Part shown: positions 55,160 through 57,910 of the stretch, piece by piece
Layout of the letters: each line of letters opens with the position of its first letter
Position numbering within the stretch: the first letter of the stretch is position 1
IMG/VR virus record: IMGVR_UViG_3300037424_000402
Span: 1 to 57,910 of that record
DNA: 57,910 nt
Source of the DNA: a virus
Lineage: Duplodnaviria; Caudoviricetes
Strand: one strand, 5' to 3'
Notes under the pieces: model-generated
Database searches by the model: none
Told to the model about the DNA's origin: nothing
What the model saw: the letters and a program-made list of their open reading frames with translations, nothing else
Program-made: the position numbers and the translations under genes

Positions 55160-55845
55160 GTTGCACAGTCTGTGGTGGTGATCGGATGATCGATACGAAG
55201 ATCATCTCCGGCAAGCTGGCGAACGAGTGGGGCTTGAACTCCACCGAGGTCGCGTACCTCGATCGCCAGCAAGGGACCTACTGCGCGCGGTGCGGATCGA
55301 ACCTGCGCACGCAGGCCCTCGCGCTCGCGATCTGCCGCTGGAAGGTCTTCGATCGGACATTCGATGATCTTTCCAAGGTCTACAACCCACGGACACTGGA
55401 AGTGAACGAGATCCGATCGCTCGGCCAGTTCCTCGATCGCTGGGAAAGACGGAAGCACATCGAGTGGCCCGAGTACGATCTTCAGAACCTCCACCAGATC
55501 GAGGCGCGCTCGTTCGACCTCGTGATCCACTCCGACACGCTCGAACACATCCCCGGCCCGATCGCCGCGCTGCAAGAGTGCCGCCGCGTGCTGCATCCTG
55601 AAGGCGCGTGCATCTTCACCGTTCCGATCGTGGTGGGCCGGATGACTCGGAGCCGCTCCGGGATGCCACCGAGCTACCACGGCGATCCGGAGATGCCGCC
55701 GGAGGAAGCCGAGCGGCTAGGACTGCGCGTCTACACCGAGTTCGGCTCCGACGTCTGGCAGTGGGCGATCTCGGCAGGCTTCGAGTCGGTCGAGATCGTC
55801 TCCTTGGAGTGGCCCGCTGCGCTCGCGCTGATCTGCCGGGGGTGA
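55156..55845 (+). CDS. SAM-dependent methyltransferase (Methyltransf_11-like) with Zn ribbon
   Basis: CTVCG, CARCGS, FDLVIHSDTLEH, ALQECRRVL.PEG..IFTVP. Confidence 0.8.
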   Translation: MSCTVCGGDRMIDTKIISGKLANEWGLNSTEVAYLDRQQGTYCARCGSNLRTQALALAICRWKVFDRTFDDLSKVYNPRTLEVNEIRSLGQFLDRWERRKHIEWPEYDLQNLHQIEARSFDLVIHSDTLEHIPGPIAALQECRRVLHPEGACIFTVPIVVGRMTRSRSGMPPSYHGDPEMPPEEAERLGLRVYTEFGSDVWQWAISAGFESVEIVSLEWPAALALICRG

Positions 55846-55849
55846 AGCC

Positions 55850-56161
55850 ATGAAGCCGATCAGGTGGTGGTGGGATCCAGAAAGTCACAGCCTCGGGCGC
55901 CTCTCGCATGCACGTCGCGCCTTCAAGCGGGGCAAGGCCCTCTGCGGCGTGGCGCTCTCGCCCCGGGCGAAGATCGTGGGGGACTTCCCGCGCTGCGCCG
56001 CCTGCGTGGACGTCGCGCTCGCGGGGCCACGATGCCACCCGCGTGCTCGAACGCCTTGGGCTCGTGGAGCGCGGCACGCGCCTCGACGACGCCGAGGCCG
56101 AGGGTTGTCGTTCCGCGAGCGTCTTCGCCGCCGTCGCATGAAGCGTGTGGGGTACTGGTGA
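55850..56161 (+). CDS. Small Zn-finger/basic protein
   Basis: SHA...ALCG...RCAAC. Confidence 0.5.
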   Translation: MKPIRWWWDPESHSLGRLSHARRAFKRGKALCGVALSPRAKIVGDFPRCAACVDVALAGPRCHPRARTPWARGARHAPRRRRGRGLSFRERLRRRRMKRVGYW

Positions 56162-56478
56162 TCTACGGGCTCTTGAAGGCGCAGGCGGCGACGTTGCGCT
56201 GGATCGCGGAGGCCGGAGACCCCTTCTCGCGCACGGTTAGGCGGTACCTGCCCAACTGCGGGAGCGAGGCGACGCGCCGGGTGCTCCTGCGGCTCGGGCT
56301 CATCGCGTTCCTGGGGGCGACGCCAGGGCTCACCGACCTTGGCCGGGCCGTGGCCTGGCCTGGGGGCACGTCGCCCCGCGATCCCCCTCTTCCCCCCTCG
56401 CCCCCTAGGGGCCAGAGGCTGGATCCAGGCTCCGCGCGGCCGATCCAGGCGCCCCGGAGCCCCAGGAAGCACCGGTAG
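56158..56478 (+). CDS. Small winged-helix-like protein
   Basis: LLRLGLI...LTDLGRAV; GTG start overlapping the previous stop. Confidence 0.45.
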   Translation: MIYGLLKAQAATLRWIAEAGDPFSRTVRRYLPNCGSEATRRVLLRLGLIAFLGATPGLTDLGRAVAWPGGTSPRDPPLPPSPPRGQRLDPGSARPIQAPRSPRKHR

Positions 56479-56559
56479 AAGGGTGCGGCCGGGCCATGGA
56501 CGGCTGATCTGAAGATTCCCCAGTAATATCAACGACTTATCAGAATAGCCGGACATAAC

Positions 56560-56588
56560 TTGCTTCTTGTGTCCTGCTAGTCTATGCT
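56560..56588 (+). promoter_or_regulatory. Sigma70-type early promoter
   Basis: TTGCTT-17 nt-TATGCT preceded by an AT-rich tract. Confidence 0.7.
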
Positions 56589-56860
56589 CTCCTCAGTTGC
56601 GGCGGTGGCCCGGATGGCTCGGTGGCTCCGCTCCGACCGGAGGGAAGGCAGAGCGCGGGATCGCGCGCTCGCCTAGCAGCCTCGGGGAAGCACCTAGAAC
56701 GGTGCGAAGCCTCGCGAGGACCTAGACCCTCAGAACTCACCCCCACCACGCGATCAAGCGGGCTTCGTGCCTGCTATCCAACTTCCCGGTCACCACCGGG
56801 CGATGCTCTTTGACGCTTCGAGCGCATCACCAGAGACCCTATCCGAAAGGAGAATCACCC

Positions 56861-57031
56861 ATGATCAAGAATACGAAGAAGACCGCGGCGCGAGATGAGA
56901 AGAAGATGCGCACGTTCACTTGCGGATGTGGAGAGAACATCCACTTCCCGATCGGTTCGGCGCGCGTGATCTGCGGCCAGTGTGGCCGCGCGTGGGTCAC
57001 CACCAATACCACCCCGCCGTCGGAGGACTGA
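56861..57031 (+). CDS. Small Zn-ribbon protein
   Basis: CGCG...CGQCG; AAGGAG RBS. Confidence 0.65.
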   Translation: MIKNTKKTAARDEKKMRTFTCGCGENIHFPIGSARVICGQCGRAWVTTNTTPPSED

Positions 57032-57034
57032 GAA

Positions 57035-57910
57035 ATGACCGACACGACGATCACCGCAGGCTCGAAGGCTTCGGCCGATGTGACCTCTCTTCTCCGCGCC
57101 CGTAACTCCCTCCTCTGGATCGTGACCCGTGAGGAAGCGCGCGCCGAGCGTGGGATCTGCGAAGCCGCAGCCTCCGCCGCGTACGAGCCCCGCCTCTGGG
57201 ACTGCGCGACCGGGATCAGCGACATGAGCGGAACCCCGGTGGACGCGAGCATGACCGACCCCGGCAACGTCCTGACGAAGATCCGCGACTCGAAGTTGCG
57301 TCAGGTGTGGATCCTCCGGGATCTGCCCTACTGGCTCAAGGATCCGATCGCGCTCCGGATGCTGCGCTCCCTCGCCCGGCAGTTGCAGTCTGCCCCCCGC
57401 GCCGAGGCTCGCGCGATCGTGGTCCTCTCCCCCGTCTCGGAGATCCCTCCGGAGCTTCAGGGGCACGCGACCGTGATCGAGTGGCCCCTGCCCGACCGCG
57501 CCGAGATCGCCAAGATCCTCGATAACGTGATCGCCGCGCTCCCCGAGGAGATGCAGGCGAACGCCGCGCCGAACGGCTCGCGCGACGCCGCGATCGACGC
57601 CGCCGTTGGCCTGACCTCGGAAGAGGCGCAAGCCTGCTACGCCAAGTCCCTCGTGGCGACGAAGAAGATCGAGGCGGCGACCGTGGCGCAGGAGAAGAAG
57701 CGCGTGATCGCCAAAGAGAAGGTGCTGGAGTGGGTTGACCCGCTCCCCGGTGGTCTCGACTCCGTGGGTGGGCTGGAACTCCTGAAGGCGTGGCTCATGT
57801 CGCGCCGTGCGGCGTTCACCCCGGCCGCCCGCGCGTACGGTCTCCCGGCGCCGAAGGGCGCGCTCCTCGTGGGCGTTCCCGGCTGCGGCAAGAGCCTCAC
57901 CGCGAAAGCG
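57035..57910 (+). CDS. N-terminal part of Ycf46-like AAA+ ATPase (continues at the window start)
   Basis: GGAGG RBS; LLRARNSLLWIVTREEAR, ILRDL, IPPEL, WPLPDR, GLTSEEA, VGGLELLKAWL; in frame with the ORF at 14-811. Confidence 0.9.
   Translation, partial: MTDTTITAGSKASADVTSLLRARNSLLWIVTREEARAERGICEAAASAAYEPRLWDCATGISDMSGTPVDASMTDPGNVLTKIRDSKLRQVWILRDLPYWLKDPIALRMLRSLARQLQSAPRAEARAIVVLSPVSEIPPELQGHATVIEWPLPDRAEIAKILDNVIAALPEEMQANAAPNGSRDAAIDAAVGLTSEEAQACYAKSLVATKKIEAATVAQEKKRVIAKEKVLEWVDPLPGGLDSVGGLELLKAWLMSRRAAFTPAARAYGLPAPKGALLVGVPGCGKSLTAKA
57784..57910. repeat. Terminal direct repeat, identical to 1-127
   Basis: Exact 127-nt match. Confidence 0.97.

Noticed and set aside
1-57910. tRNA/rRNA genes and a host assignment
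   Set aside because: No cloverleaf or rRNA signature seen by eye; peptidoglycan enzymes indicate a bacterial host, but nothing narrower is supported

Overview
The window is a complete circular, GC-rich bacterial virus genome of about 57,783 bp; bases 1-127 repeat exactly at 57784-57910, and a Ycf46-like AAA ATPase reads through that junction. It has three blocks. (1) A + strand early operon (about 56.6 kb through the origin to 7.6 kb) encodes the AAA ATPase, a Spo11/TopoVI-A-like TOPRIM protein and a TIGR-Tas-like locus. That locus is a nuclease-less IS110/Nop-domain protein (5011-5952) between two dual-repeat arrays of about 36-nt period (about 6 and 16 units), and the last repeat abuts the ATG of a tyrosine recombinase. 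A consensus antisense promoter downstream drives a small RNA containing the exact anti-repeat. (2) A - strand virion block (7.6-30.6 kb) has no recognisable terminase, portal, tail or packaging ATPase. It instead holds one putative single jelly-roll and three paralogous putative double jelly-roll proteins, many Arg/Lys-rich core-like proteins sharing xG(Y/F)G motifs, a transglutaminase-like Cys enzyme, glycine-zipper membrane proteins, spikes, a lytic transglycosylase and a thioredoxin/membrane-CxxC pair, suggesting a large tailless, probably membrane-containing phage. (3) A + strand replication and modification block (30.8-56.5 kb) encodes a UDG-PolA fusion, SNF2 and DUF3987-like helicases, recombination genes, two DNA methyltransferases, a Rad50-like ATPase and glycosyl/methyltransferases. 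All family calls are by-eye motif recognition; no searches were run.
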